Assembly: GCF_000143415.4 (NCBI RefSeq)
Contig: NW_003314264.1
Coordinates: forward strand, 2,737,710-2,801,709
Length of the DNA: 64,000 bases
Origin: Selaginella moellendorffii
Taxonomy: Eukaryota; Plantae; Lycopodiophyta
Direction of reading: 5' to 3'
Under the pieces are notes generated by a model that saw only the letters and a list, made by a program, of their open reading frames with translations, did no database searches and had not been told where the DNA came from. Position 1 is the stretch's first letter; the number at the start of each line of letters is the position of its first letter. Made by a program: the position numbers and the translations under genes. Of the stretch, positions 1-12,399 are shown in pieces.

Positions 1-630
1 ATCAAGCTACGAAGCATGCCCAAAGCATCAAAGTTCGTGACGATGGCCGGGACAGCTGGGTGTTTGATGTGGACGAGACTTTGCTATCCAATGTTGCTTA
101 CTTTGCCAAACACAACTACGGGTACGTGTATTCATTTATAGAGATTATAGCTTTTTGATTGGATCTATTCGACTAGAGCTTCCAAGTTCAACCAGACCGA
201 CTTTAGCATCTGGATAGAAAAAGGCAAGGCCACAGCGATCGTGCCAATGAGAACACTCTATCATAAGCTCATCAAAGCAAAGTGGACTGTTTACTTGATG
301 TCTCAGCAGCGAAATGAGTCGCAGCGTGCAATCACCGAGAAGAACTTGCGAGATGTGGGCTACAGCAGATGGAAGAAACTATTTCTAAGGTGAGGTTTAT
401 ACAACTTTGCACCTGCCTTACAAAAATCATTAATCAGTGCACCTCGGAGGCTAAACGTGGTTGAAGACATAAACACAGCAGGAAACACTAAATGGTATGG
501 AGAAATTAAATCTTCTGGTGGACGGATTCAAGCTACAGTTGGAGACAACTGGGATACGGACTTTGATCCAAATCCTTTCCCTGGAAGCATGGCGTTTAAA
601 TCACCCAATGCCATGTACAACATGGCCTAG
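1..630 (+). CDS. HAD class IIIB acid phosphatase (vegetative storage protein-like), 5'-truncated by window
   Basis: Manual translation from base 3 gives DGRDSWVFDVDETLLSN (HAD motif I DxDxT), later VGDNW and MAFKSPNAMYNMA*. GT-AG introns at about 122-177 and 390-437; stop TAG 628-630. Confidence 0.85.
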
Positions 631-1169
631 ATCATGTTAAACGAGAAATATTTACTGTTACTTGCAAGTGTCAATGGGCACTGAATTTCAAAAGCTTGAA
701 ACTGAAGAAGAATGTGAAAGTCGAGTATTGCAGTGCACAATCCGGCCTCTTATACCATTGTTGAAGAAATGGAGATGGGTAGCTTTGGTGACAACAAGGA
801 ATTGTTTCTTAGTCATGCCAAAGCAGCTCCTGGGTGATAAATGCGCTGATTAACGAAGAATGATGACAAAGAAATTTTGAAAATTTCCATGGGTTCATGG
901 CATTAAATCGTGGCCACGGGATTCAGGGTAACGAAGAACTTGCTGCTAGTCTGGAAAGTGCCGCCAGAGTTCCCAGGTAGGGCGAGCATGTTCCCGCCCA
1001 GAACGGGCCCGCGAACAGCCACATTCTCGCAGAGGACCTGCTCATCTGACGGCTCCCAACCGCCAGATCGAGTTAACAGGCGAGCACAGCCCGTTAAGGT
1101 CAAAGTATCGTGGTTTCCAAGACAAGCTAAAGTTCTAAACCGTGGCACACTTGAGGATCTCGTCGCGTC

Positions 1170-2011
1170 GTCAATTTCAACCAGCTGAAACTGGGGAAAC
1201 TCGTCAAGAAGGGAGCTATGTATGGACGTGTGTACTCGGCTAAGTGGCTTGGATGTAAGTTTGCAGTGAAGATCTTTAAGCAGTTTGATCCAAGCTTTCA
1301 CAGGGATGAAAGCAGATGAAAGGACTGGCAACTATCAAGCATCCCAACATAAATCGAATGGTAGGATTCAGCGAGACTCCGAAGTGCACACATCGTGATG
1401 GAATGCACATGAACTTCGAAACTTTCATGCACCAGCACGGGCAGAGCTTGACTCCAAAGGATCAGATCTACTCCATGCTACAGATGGAATGAAATTCTTG
1501 CACGCTAAAGAAGTGTTTCATCGGGATCTCAAGCCCAAGAACATTCAGGTAGAGCTGCATCATGATCGTCGACATGGAGATCTAGATGGCTCGCGAGCGA
1601 TCGTCAAAATATCTGGTGAGAACAGATTTTGCGACGGGAAGAAAAAATCTGACGGCTCGAGCTGGAACTCTCGGCTACATGGCTCGAGAAGTTAATGACA
1701 CCGGCTCCACAGGCTACTCGAGAAAAGCCGACGTTTACTGCTTTGGCATGGTTTGCTACCGTGTTTTTACAGGAAGCGCTGGTTATGATGCAAATCTCAC
1801 ATACATGCTGCACAAGCGACCTGAGTTCCCTCTAGAGTGCTCAATCTCGCTGAGAAATCTCATACAGAAGTGCTGGAGTCAACGGCCGGCCTTGCGTTCA
1901 TCGTTTGATGACATTTGCAGTACCCTCGTTGACTTGATGATTCAAGTTTCAGGAGTGCAGCAGCTCGGATCAATCACAGCGTTTACAGCACGCCTGTCTC
2001 AAGGTTTCTAA
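1170..2011 (+). pseudogene. Raf/TKL-type protein kinase pseudogene
   Basis: Kinase subdomains spread over several frames: YGRVYSAKWLGCKFAVKIFK, KHPNI, HRDLKPKNI, GTLGYMARE, KADVYCFGMV, LIQKCW. Frameshifts and stops lie between them. Confidence 0.8.
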
Positions 2012-2479
2012 ATCCTCCAAGTAGTTTGGAATAAGCACTTCATCACTGTGTTCTTCTTGTATATTATACTTAAAGATTTTTTGTTAATATAGTTTTGACT
2101 TTTTCGTTTATTAAATATTGTGATTAAAGTCATTCAGATGACAATAACCGACACCCACAAAGAAAGAGCGTGGAGATGGTTGCAGCCACCACCACCACCA
2201 ACAATAACAACAAATGGCATGCCACAATTGCAGTGTACCCCTGTTGCATTCATGTCACCTTGATGAGCACCCATAATGCACAAAAGTTTGAAAATGAGCT
2301 CCACCGAGAGCTTTGGGAAGCCAACCAAGTTTGCAAGAAAAATAGAAAAGTCTGGCTAGGAGATGTTTGCCTTGGGTCACTCCTGATCCTCACTCCCAAT
2401 GGACATTGTCTCATCCTCATCTGGAGAACTGGCACCTCGGTCATCTGTCACAACTTGGAAACCGGCAAAAGAGAGCCTC

Positions 2480-3010
2480 AAATTGATCCAGCAGATATCA
2501 CCAACACATTAGTTGATATGTTCTTCTCAAACTTTTGGGCCACTATCTGGTACTGGGCTGCAGAAATCTTATGCAAGCTGAGTGGTTTCTCCAAGGGAAA
2601 GATTCTAATGAACTGGAAACAAGCTCTCTTTGGACAGGGACTTGAGGGAGAGGAATGGAAGAGTCACCACACTGTTTATGTGTGGAATTTGCTAAGGAGG
2701 ACCATTTTAACCGAGATATGGTGGCTTTACAATTGCTCTTTAGTGGAAGATACCAGCAAAGTGAGCGCAAGATACCTTGTCCAGCAGATCTGGCTGAGCT
2801 TGAGGCTCTATATACTGCTTGAGTGGAGCCAAGTCATCAAGGAAAAAGATGAAAAGCTGGCTGAAACTTTCAAAAAGAGGTGGCTTACCAATGGGTTTGC
2901 CAGAATCATGACAAGAAACTGGGTGCTGTGGATATGGGAGGAGCCACTCTTGATTTCCATGCTCAACTTTTGAGAGTGGAGATCTCAGCTTATTCAATAG
3001 ATCAATCAAT
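2480..3010 (+). mobile_element. 3' fragment of a LINE (L1-like) ORF2
   Basis: Trp-rich intronless ORF tail (MFFSNFWATIW...WKQALFG...EIWWLYN) resembles the C-terminus that follows the RT/zinc-knuckle region of plant L1 ORF2. No RT core is present. Confidence 0.5.
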
Positions 3011-3091
3011 TGAGCTACATGGATAAAGAAACTTTTTTGAGTCATCTTCAAAGAATGTAAAGAAAGAAGAATGGAAACTAGTTCCTTTTCT

Positions 3092-5853
3092 TCAGACTTT
3101 GGAGACATCAAGGATGTGAACAGCATTACCAATGAGTAGCTTGTGTCGACCAGAGTGTAGAAACCTTTTCCCATTTCTCCGGACACTGCTTAGGTGCTTG
3201 CATGGATCGATGCCAAAAATGAGCCTTTGAGTCGTGTCTGATTCCAAATGGACCTTCTGGAATGCAATGAGTTGCTTGAGAGGAGCTCCCTCCACTGGTG
3301 GTGGAGCTGAGAAGATTAGCACTGAGTGGCTTCCAGACCTGGGACCGAGATTGCTTACTTCCACGCTCACTTGGAACAAAATGCTGTTGCAAGTTTCCAG
3401 ATCATCCGCTGGTAAATGAAAGCAACCAAATTCAGCTTCACTCCTATTTACTGTTGGACAGTCTCTGGAGTTTCTTGTGTTGCTCTTGAAGAAGGAAAGC
3501 CTCGTTGGTGCCAAAAGAAACTTGTACAAGTAAGTGGAGTAAGACAATCCATCACCAAAGTTATAGAGTGGTGTCCCTGTGTAGAATCGATAACTTCTCC
3601 CTGGATATCCTGACGGTGGATTGGGCCTCATCCGCATATCCAACATGGAAACATTTGTAAATTCCTCATGGTACCAAGTATTTGGCAAGCGACCACCTAG
3701 TTTTAGATTCAATCCTTATAAATTCTAAGCTTGCAAGAAGGAAAGAAAGTGAAGGAATACCTGGATTGTAAGCTCCAAAAACAACATGAGCAAGAGCAGC
3801 ACCTCCAGACTGACCAGGATACCCGATCCAAATAACACTTGAGATTCGTGAGTTGTCTTTGAAAGTTGAGATATCAACAGGCCCCGCAGACATGATCACA
3901 AGAACAATAGGACAAGTGACAGCATTTGCAATGTTGGAGACAAGTTGAGACTGCATTCCTGGAAGAAGCAAACTGGTTCTATCGAAGGTCTCTCTCTCCT
4001 GGGACTGGTCAAGGCCAACCACCAAAACCACAGCATCTGCCTTGGTTGCCACCTCAACCGCTGATGCTACTAGATCACCTTCACTGCATGCTACATCTCT
4101 GCAACCTGGTGAGTAAAGGATGTTATTGTTGTAGATTTGCATGCCTTGCAAAGGTGAGACGTACTTGCATGGAATTCCTACAAAAAGAATTATTACCATA
4201 AGAAAATCTAGAGAGTTTTGAAGAAGTTAATCTTTCACCTTCATAGTTTCCAAGCATCGTATAAGTTGCATTTGCATTTGGTCCTATGAGAGCCACGGTT
4301 TTCAAGGCTGTGGATAAAGGTAGGGAGCCATCATTTTTGAGGAGGACAACTCCTTGGAGAGCGGCATCTAGAGCAAGCTGCTGGTGATCATTACTGCAGA
4401 TATCAGTTGCTCCTAGCGATGAATATGGTCGAGTGTTTAGATCACCATCAAACAATCCAAGACGCATTCTGGTTCTCATGAGATTGGAGATTGCATGGTC
4501 AAGGTCAGCCTCAGTGACCTTCCCAGCTTGAAGTGCTGACTTTGCATGCTTGCCAAGAAAAGTTCCACAATTAAGATCAAGGCCTGCAAGTCACTATATA
4601 AGAACTTGATGATCTTCCCAATTATTTATCAAACTTTTACCTGCGAGGATGGAATCAGCAACTGCATCTTCAGCTGAGGGAGCATACGTTGTGTCCTCGA
4701 AAAGAACTTGAAGAGCATCACAATCAGAAACTATATATCTGGAGAAACAAGAAGTAAAAGAGTGATTTGTCTTGACAAGAAAGAAGAACAAACCCATTGA
4801 ATCCCCAGCTATTTCGCACTGTTTCTGTGAGCAAACTTCGATCGGCACAAGTTGGGACACCATTCACCCGGTTATAAGAGCACATCACACTGCTCACTCG
4901 GCCATCCTCAATGCAACTTTGGAAAGGTGGGTTGTAAGTGTCGACTAAGTCCTGTTCACTCACCTGCAAGAAGCTCACAAGAGAAAGCATATAGTGCTCA
5001 CTACACAGTGAAAAGCAAAGAAAAGAGATAAGAAAGAAGTCCAAGACTATACCTCCGCATTGAAGTGGTATCGATCCATACCTTTCCAATTGTCCATGTC
5101 ATAGGCTGTAAGATGCTTGCAGCAAGCTGAGACCTTGAGGAAACCATCACTCGCGGATCCCCCGTATGCTCCTCCTTGAAGTCCTCTCACGTACAGGGAC
5201 GCAAATTTGCTGGCAAGTAGAGGGTCTTCTCCGGGAGTCTCCTGGCCTCGTCCCCATCTTGGATCGCGAAAGATGTTCACGTTTGGACTCCAAAACGTCA
5301 GACCAGCTCTTCCCAAGTTGTGTAGCGCCCGGGCCTCGCTTGACACAGCCTGCATTGCAGGAATTCTCATGGATAAGTTCGTTGGTCTAGATAGACAAAG
5401 ATTTCTAGAACTTGACACAAAACTTACCTCTCCGATTGAATAGAAGAGTGTGGAGTTGAATGACGCTGCCATGGCTATCGGCATTGGAAAGCTTGTAGCA
5501 GCCGGAGCAAGACCACCAAACTGGACTCCCGGACTGGAAGCTACACCGTGGAGAGCTTCTTGCCACCACTGATAGCTAGGAACTCCAAGCCGGGGAATGC
5601 CTTGAGCAGCATTCACCATCTCGTCCACTTTCTCGTCCAGAGTGAGCCTCGAAACCAAGTCTTGGACGCGAACATCAACGCCGAGCTTGGTATCACAGAA
5701 TGGAAACGAGCCGAGGCTGGCATTGCTGGAAACATCGCAAGCATACCTCGGTTGAGCTGTTGAAACTCTAGCATTTGAAAGAATCACCACCACCACCACC
5801 ACCACGAGGACTAGATTCCACCGGGAAAAATCTCTTCTCCTTCTTCTTCCCAT
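3092..5853 (-). CDS. BXL: Beta-D-xylosidase / alpha-arabinofuranosidase, glycoside hydrolase family 3 (multi-exon)
   Basis: Signal peptide, [55 protein letters not shown] nucleophile motif, [17 protein letters not shown], Fn3-like tail. Confidence 0.95.
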
Positions 5854-6271
5854 CTTCTTCTTCTTCTTCTTCTGGGTCGTCACTCACAATCGAGAAGTGC
5901 GTCGAGCTTAAAGCCATTGTTTTGTGGCGATAATTGACGGGCAAGACACGCACGGCGCGGGTCCCTATCCACGATTCCCTTGCTCGTAAAAAGCTCTCCT
6001 CCATAGCCTGCTCTTCTCTTGGCCTCTGTCGCACTAAATGCTTTTGGAAAACTCAGTCTGCCCATTGCACCGTCCATACCTAGCAGCAGTCGTGACAATT
6101 AATCTTCTATCTGCCCCTCCTCTTTGAATTTTTTTGTTCTTGTAAGCACTGCTTGTGGGTGAAGTGGTCATCAATGGAGCTCGTGGGCTCCTTCTTAGTA
6201 TATGCCAAGTCCACACACCAAGTGATCCGTGATTTATCCTTGCACTTCACTGTCTAGAGATATAGTTCTCA

Positions 6272-6358
6272 AACTCCACTCAAGAGAAAGTGTCTTTAAA
6301 GTTGAAAGTTTCAACTCCACTCAAGAGAGAAAGCGTTTTTCAAGTTGAAAGTTTCAAC
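6272..6358. repeat. Imperfect tandem duplication, about 42 bp unit
   Basis: aactccactcaagagaaag...gttgaaagtttc occurs twice in tandem. Confidence 0.6.
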
Positions 6359-6858
6359 CAGAAAGCTCTCCGGAGTACTTTTTGTTTGCTTTCACGCACA
6401 CAATCCATAAAGAAGAAATTGTTGCGGGCGCTATGCAATATAAACCTAGAGCTCCCAGTTCTACTTTCGCAAAATATTATTGAATTCCTAGGATATTCAT
6501 GTATCTCTCCCCGGGTTGCTGGAATCCAAGCGGAAGCTAGGTCTCTTACAACAGGTACGCTTGTCATTTCCCTCTCCAACCTTATGTGAATTCCAGGCCC
6601 CGAAACCTCGGCTGCTACAGTCAAAGTCCGCAAGCTCGTTATCGTCGTCCTTGGCGTCCAAAGGCAGCGGCTTGAAGGTGTTTTCTTCAAGTTCTATATG
6701 GACATGGAAAAAAACTAATATCACATACTTGTTTGTATGCCAACTACAAGAAAGTTATTTCTTTTTCTTGGGAAATTAGAACACTTCATGACATTCTCCA
6801 TGTGCAATCACAAATTCGTTGCAATACATCCTCATTACAAAACTTGGCCATTTGGTGG

Positions 6859-6942
6859 TTTTACAAAAGATCTGGATTTCTTATGTGGATGAATTTATTT
6901 TACAAAAGATCTGGATTTCTTATGTGGATGAATTTATTTTAC
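6859..6942. repeat. Tandem duplication, 39 bp unit
   Basis: ttttacaaaagatctggatttcttatgtggatgaattta occurs twice in tandem. Confidence 0.85.
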
Positions 6943-7474
6943 TGCCATTCCATTTTTGCATAAATATGCATATTTATTAAAACTTCATTTCATATGAAAA
7001 CTTTGTTATATACATTAATTCAATTATAAATTTTAAGTGAATGAAACAATAAAATTCACCTGAAACAATGAAGAAATAAATGAAAAAGGTGACAAATGCC
7101 AAAGGCTATTTTGTGAAGTCAACTCTAGAACATACTCATGCCCAAAACACTTTTAGCAATCTTTCCATTCTAATTTGAGCTTTGTGCCTGTAGTGGTTTG
7201 GTGTTTTTATTTTTTGTACACGGAGCCTCTCCTTCCACAAAAGCCCAGCGAGAATAGTTTGTCCTCCCTCGTCATCGGCCAGGGTGAAAAAGACTTCTTT
7301 TGAGTTATCGTTTGATCGAGGATGGTCGGTAGCAGCCAACAAGTGGTCTCCTTGACTCTACCAAAAAATAAAAGAAAGAAAAAGTGGATGACTGACCGAG
7401 CTCAAGTGCGATCTTCAACATTCTCAAGCGGTGGCTACACCAAACGCTTGACTTCACACTCTAGTCCGCACACA

Positions 7475-7480
7475 TATAAA
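7475..7480 (+). promoter_or_regulatory. Putative TATA box of reductase A1
   Basis: TATAAA about 70 nt upstream of ATG 7548, conserved in the duplicate at 16094-16099. Confidence 0.55.
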
Positions 7481-7547
7481 GGCCAGTGACATTGCTTTCT
7501 CATTCTTCGTCTCAACCAGTATCTCGCAAAAAAACCACTCCAACGTG

Positions 7548-8843
7548 ATGGCGCACAAGGCAATCCAAGTGATGGGATTCAACGCCGCGAACCCAGTCTT
7601 GGTGTGCCAAGTCGCAACTGTGCAAACTCCAAAGCCCGGGCCAGACGAGGTGCTGCTCAAGATTCTCTGCCGCCCCGTCAATCCTTCTGATGTGGTCTCG
7701 TTGATGGGCATCTATCCAGGCGACTACAAGTTCCCGTATGTCCCTGGCTTCGAAGGAATGGGAAAGATTCACAAGGTAACGCGCTTGTGCTTTCTCTCCA
7801 AAGAGAACTTTAATGTGAAACCTTTTGCCGCAGGTTGGAGCAAATGTGAGTGGCTTGAGCGTGGGGCAGCGGGTGTTCCACACTGGACCCGGAGGAACTT
7901 GGCAAGAGTTCATGGTAACTTCGCCAAGGAACTTGACATTGGTGCCGGATTCCATCTCGGACGAAGTTGCTGCGCAGTACTACGTGAATCCGTGGACAGG
8001 TACTACTGTCCTTGAGTTAGTCAATATCTATCGTTTTCTCTTTCTGTTGGAAGCATATGCGATGCTTCAAACACTCAAGGTGCCAGAGGGAGAGTACGTA
8101 CTGCAGACTGCGGCCGCATCTGTGCTTGGGAGAATGTTTATCCAAATCGCTCGTCACCAAGGCATCAAGGTGATTTTTGCTCCTCTTTTGAAACTACTGG
8201 TGATTTCTCAAGTTCCATCCAACAGACAATCAACTTGGTCAGGCGAAACGAGCAAAAGGAGGAGCTTAAAGCGCTCGGGGCCGACGTAGTGATCAACTTC
8301 AAAGAGGAAAACGTACTTGAGATCGTGAGAGAGGTAACCAAAGGAAGGATGGTTTATGGAGCTACCGATTGCCTGGGAGGCAAAACCACGAAGGTATCAT
8401 ACAATGTTCCATGAAAGCCTATAAGTTTTTCTTTTCTGGCTTTCCAAGCTTGTGAGCACGACAGTGAGGGACGAAGGCACCATCTTGGTGTACGGGCTCT
8501 TGGACGGCGAGGACATCAGCGCAAACCCTCCAGACGTGATCTTTAGGCACGTCCGCGTTCGTGGCTTCCACTTGACCCGCTGGATCGCAAAGCTCGGCGT
8601 CCCCGAGCAAAAGAAGCTCGGTGCGAAGATCTGGGAGCTCCTGGAGAAGAAGGTGATCACTCCATTGACAGGGGAGAAGCTCCCGCTGGAGAAGATCCAG
8701 GAAGCCATCGTCAAGAGCCAGGTAAGAGAAGAATTCCTTCCATTGAGACTTCGAAATAACAGTCCGAAGCTTATGAACAAAATAATTCCTTCTTCTTGCA
8801 GACACCAGCGAGAGGTGGAAAGATTCTCCTAACGAGCTACTGA
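7548..8843 (+). CDS. ETR-like NADPH-dependent medium-chain reductase (2-enoyl-thioester reductase-like), copy A1
   Basis: PGPDEVLLK, RPVNPSD..GIY, VPGFEG, GTWQEF, VNPWTA, VLQTAAASVLGRM, TINLVRRNEQKEELKALGAD, RGGKILL. Six exons with GT-AG introns; no transit peptide; no Zn-binding Cys cluster. Confidence 0.88.
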
Positions 8844-8895
8844 AGAGCTATCTGTGGAAGAACAATAAGAACTGTAGGTGGCGATTTGGTTTTTA

Positions 8896-10092
<1,197 letters not shown>

Positions 10093-10446
10093 AATGTGCA
10101 CGGAGAACCAAGCAAACTCCTACAGACTGTGATGTAATTGGCTTCCACCTTTCACATTCAGTTCCGTACTTCTCAAGCACGTCAAGTCTGGAAGACACAG
10201 AGAAAACTCCCGTGGGTCTTGCACAGAAAATAGCCGCTGCTGCTGTTGCTGCCACTCAAGGATCAAATCAATCAGTCACCATTTATGAGAGAAGATCTCA
10301 AATGGAAGGATTTAAGAGATATTCTTTAAAACAAGTATAATGGGATTTTAGTAACCATTGGTTTGATTTTAATTCGAACCACTTACTTCTATATATAAAC
10401 TAAAGTTTTTAAATTAATTGATATATATGTTTTTTGTGCACTCACA

Positions 10447-11124
10447 TTGGAGGAAGCGAGGGGCAGGGAAATATGCCTCGCAATGCAATATAAAATACAG
10501 AGACGAGGAGTTTGCATATTACCAGTCCCTGTAACACAGTGGCACAGTGTGGGATGGCTGCCCGGCCTGGAGCGATTGGAGGTGCTCAAGGGCTATGGCT
10601 GCGTGGGACTGGGGGGGAAGCTCTACGTTCTTGGAGGAACGCTGTGCATCAAGGAGAGGGATTTTGGCGGCGGCTGCCACAGGGATCTCCGCGTGAGGAG
10701 CGAGGCGCTGGCATACGATTGCATCGGCGGCGGTGGAAACAGTGCGCGAGCATGCGCAAGGCGCGAGTGGATTTCGCGTGTAGCGTCTCCGGCGGGCGGG
10801 TTTTCGTGGCGGGCGGGCGCGGGCGGCTGGATCACGAGAACGCGGCGGCGATGGCGAGCGCGGAGGTGTACATCCCGGAGCTGGATCGATGGGAGGAGCT
10901 CCCAGACATGAGCATGACCAGGTAAAGATCAAGAGTTCTTGAGAATTTTAGGTGGGAAAGTCTCTTCGATCTACCGATCCGGCGACCAGCTCAATCACTG
11001 GCGAGGCTCGATCGATGTGTACGACGAGCGGCTCAAGATGTGGAAAACGATCCCCGGCTCCAACCGGCGGCTCGGGGAGGATACCGAGTGCACGGAGCTC
11101 AAGAAAACCCTAGCTAAGTGCTAA
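10447..11124 (+). pseudogene. Kelch-repeat (F-box/kelch) gene remnant
   Basis: GCVGLGGKLYVLGG, WKQCASMRKARVDFACSVSGGRVFVAGG, SAEVYIPELDRWEELPDM, split by a frameshift near 10735. No intact N-terminus. Confidence 0.8.
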
Positions 11125-12079
11125 GCTTGTTAATTATCCCAGAAAATATAGTTTAATCTCTTTGAGAAACTATTCAAGACCTAAAATCTATCAATCCATA
11201 ACAAGATTTCAAATTTTACCACAACATAAGTGTCCAATTCTGGTAGTAAAACTTTATGACATTCTCCATGTGCAATCACATATTCGTTGCAATACATCCT
11301 TGGATATTCAGTGGTTTTTAAATTTCTTATGTGGATGAATTTATGTTAATGCCATTCCATTTTTGCACAAGTATATGACAAATTTTTCATATTTACAAAA
11401 AAATTGTAATCCACTTCATATGAAAACTTTGTTAATATAAATTAACTCAATCATAGATTTTAGGTGAATGGTGCACATGAAACAATAAAATCCATCTGAA
11501 AACAAAAAATAAAATGAGAAAGATGGAGCTTTAGTTTTTTAGGTTAACTAAAAGGAGTTGTATTGTTTGTTAATACTTTAGCTTTACTTTATCCTCTTGA
11601 CTAATGGTCTAGCTTGCTTTAAAAATGTATTGTATCTATCTTCTCATTATTAAAATTTCTTTGTTAGATAAATAAGTTCTTCTGGTTTAAATTGAAAGAT
11701 ATTAATATTTTTATCTAGAATCTTCAAATTGTTGTATACTATTACCATAAATGCTTAATTGTTTGAAATTTTATCAATCATACTTATCATTAATAATTGA
11801 AATTTCTCCTATGTAATTTTAGTAGATTTCATCTCTTATATATAAAGTTTTGAGATTAGACATTTTTAGGATGTCACTTAACCCAGTACTATTAAAACCT
11901 AAAGACACTTAATCTTAAATATCCCAAAACCTTTAATTGATTGAAAAAGGGGGTGCACTCTTGTTCATGGGCCTTTTCCTTTTATATTTAAACCCTTGTA
12001 AATTGTTTCTTAAGTTGTTTATTTTAGTTACTTATATTATACTCCAATATTTTATACTCCTAATCTGATACATACACTA

Positions 12080-12206
<127 letters not shown>

Positions 12207-12399
12207 TAAAATTCATGTGTTAGAAATTCTTCATTTTGTCAAAACAAAGATATTAGATTCTAAATAATTATTATAGAATTTTATCTACTTCTTCTAGATC
12301 TAGTATTTCTATATCTTTTTATAGTCAGGATATATCATGCCTTTCATTCAGCTATGATGACTAAATATAAGAGTTTTTTTATTCTTGTTGGAGCATTGA

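Noticed and set aside
6290-6779. Short overlapping ORFs upstream of the xylosidase
   Set aside because: No recognisable domain, and they overlap short tandem repeats.
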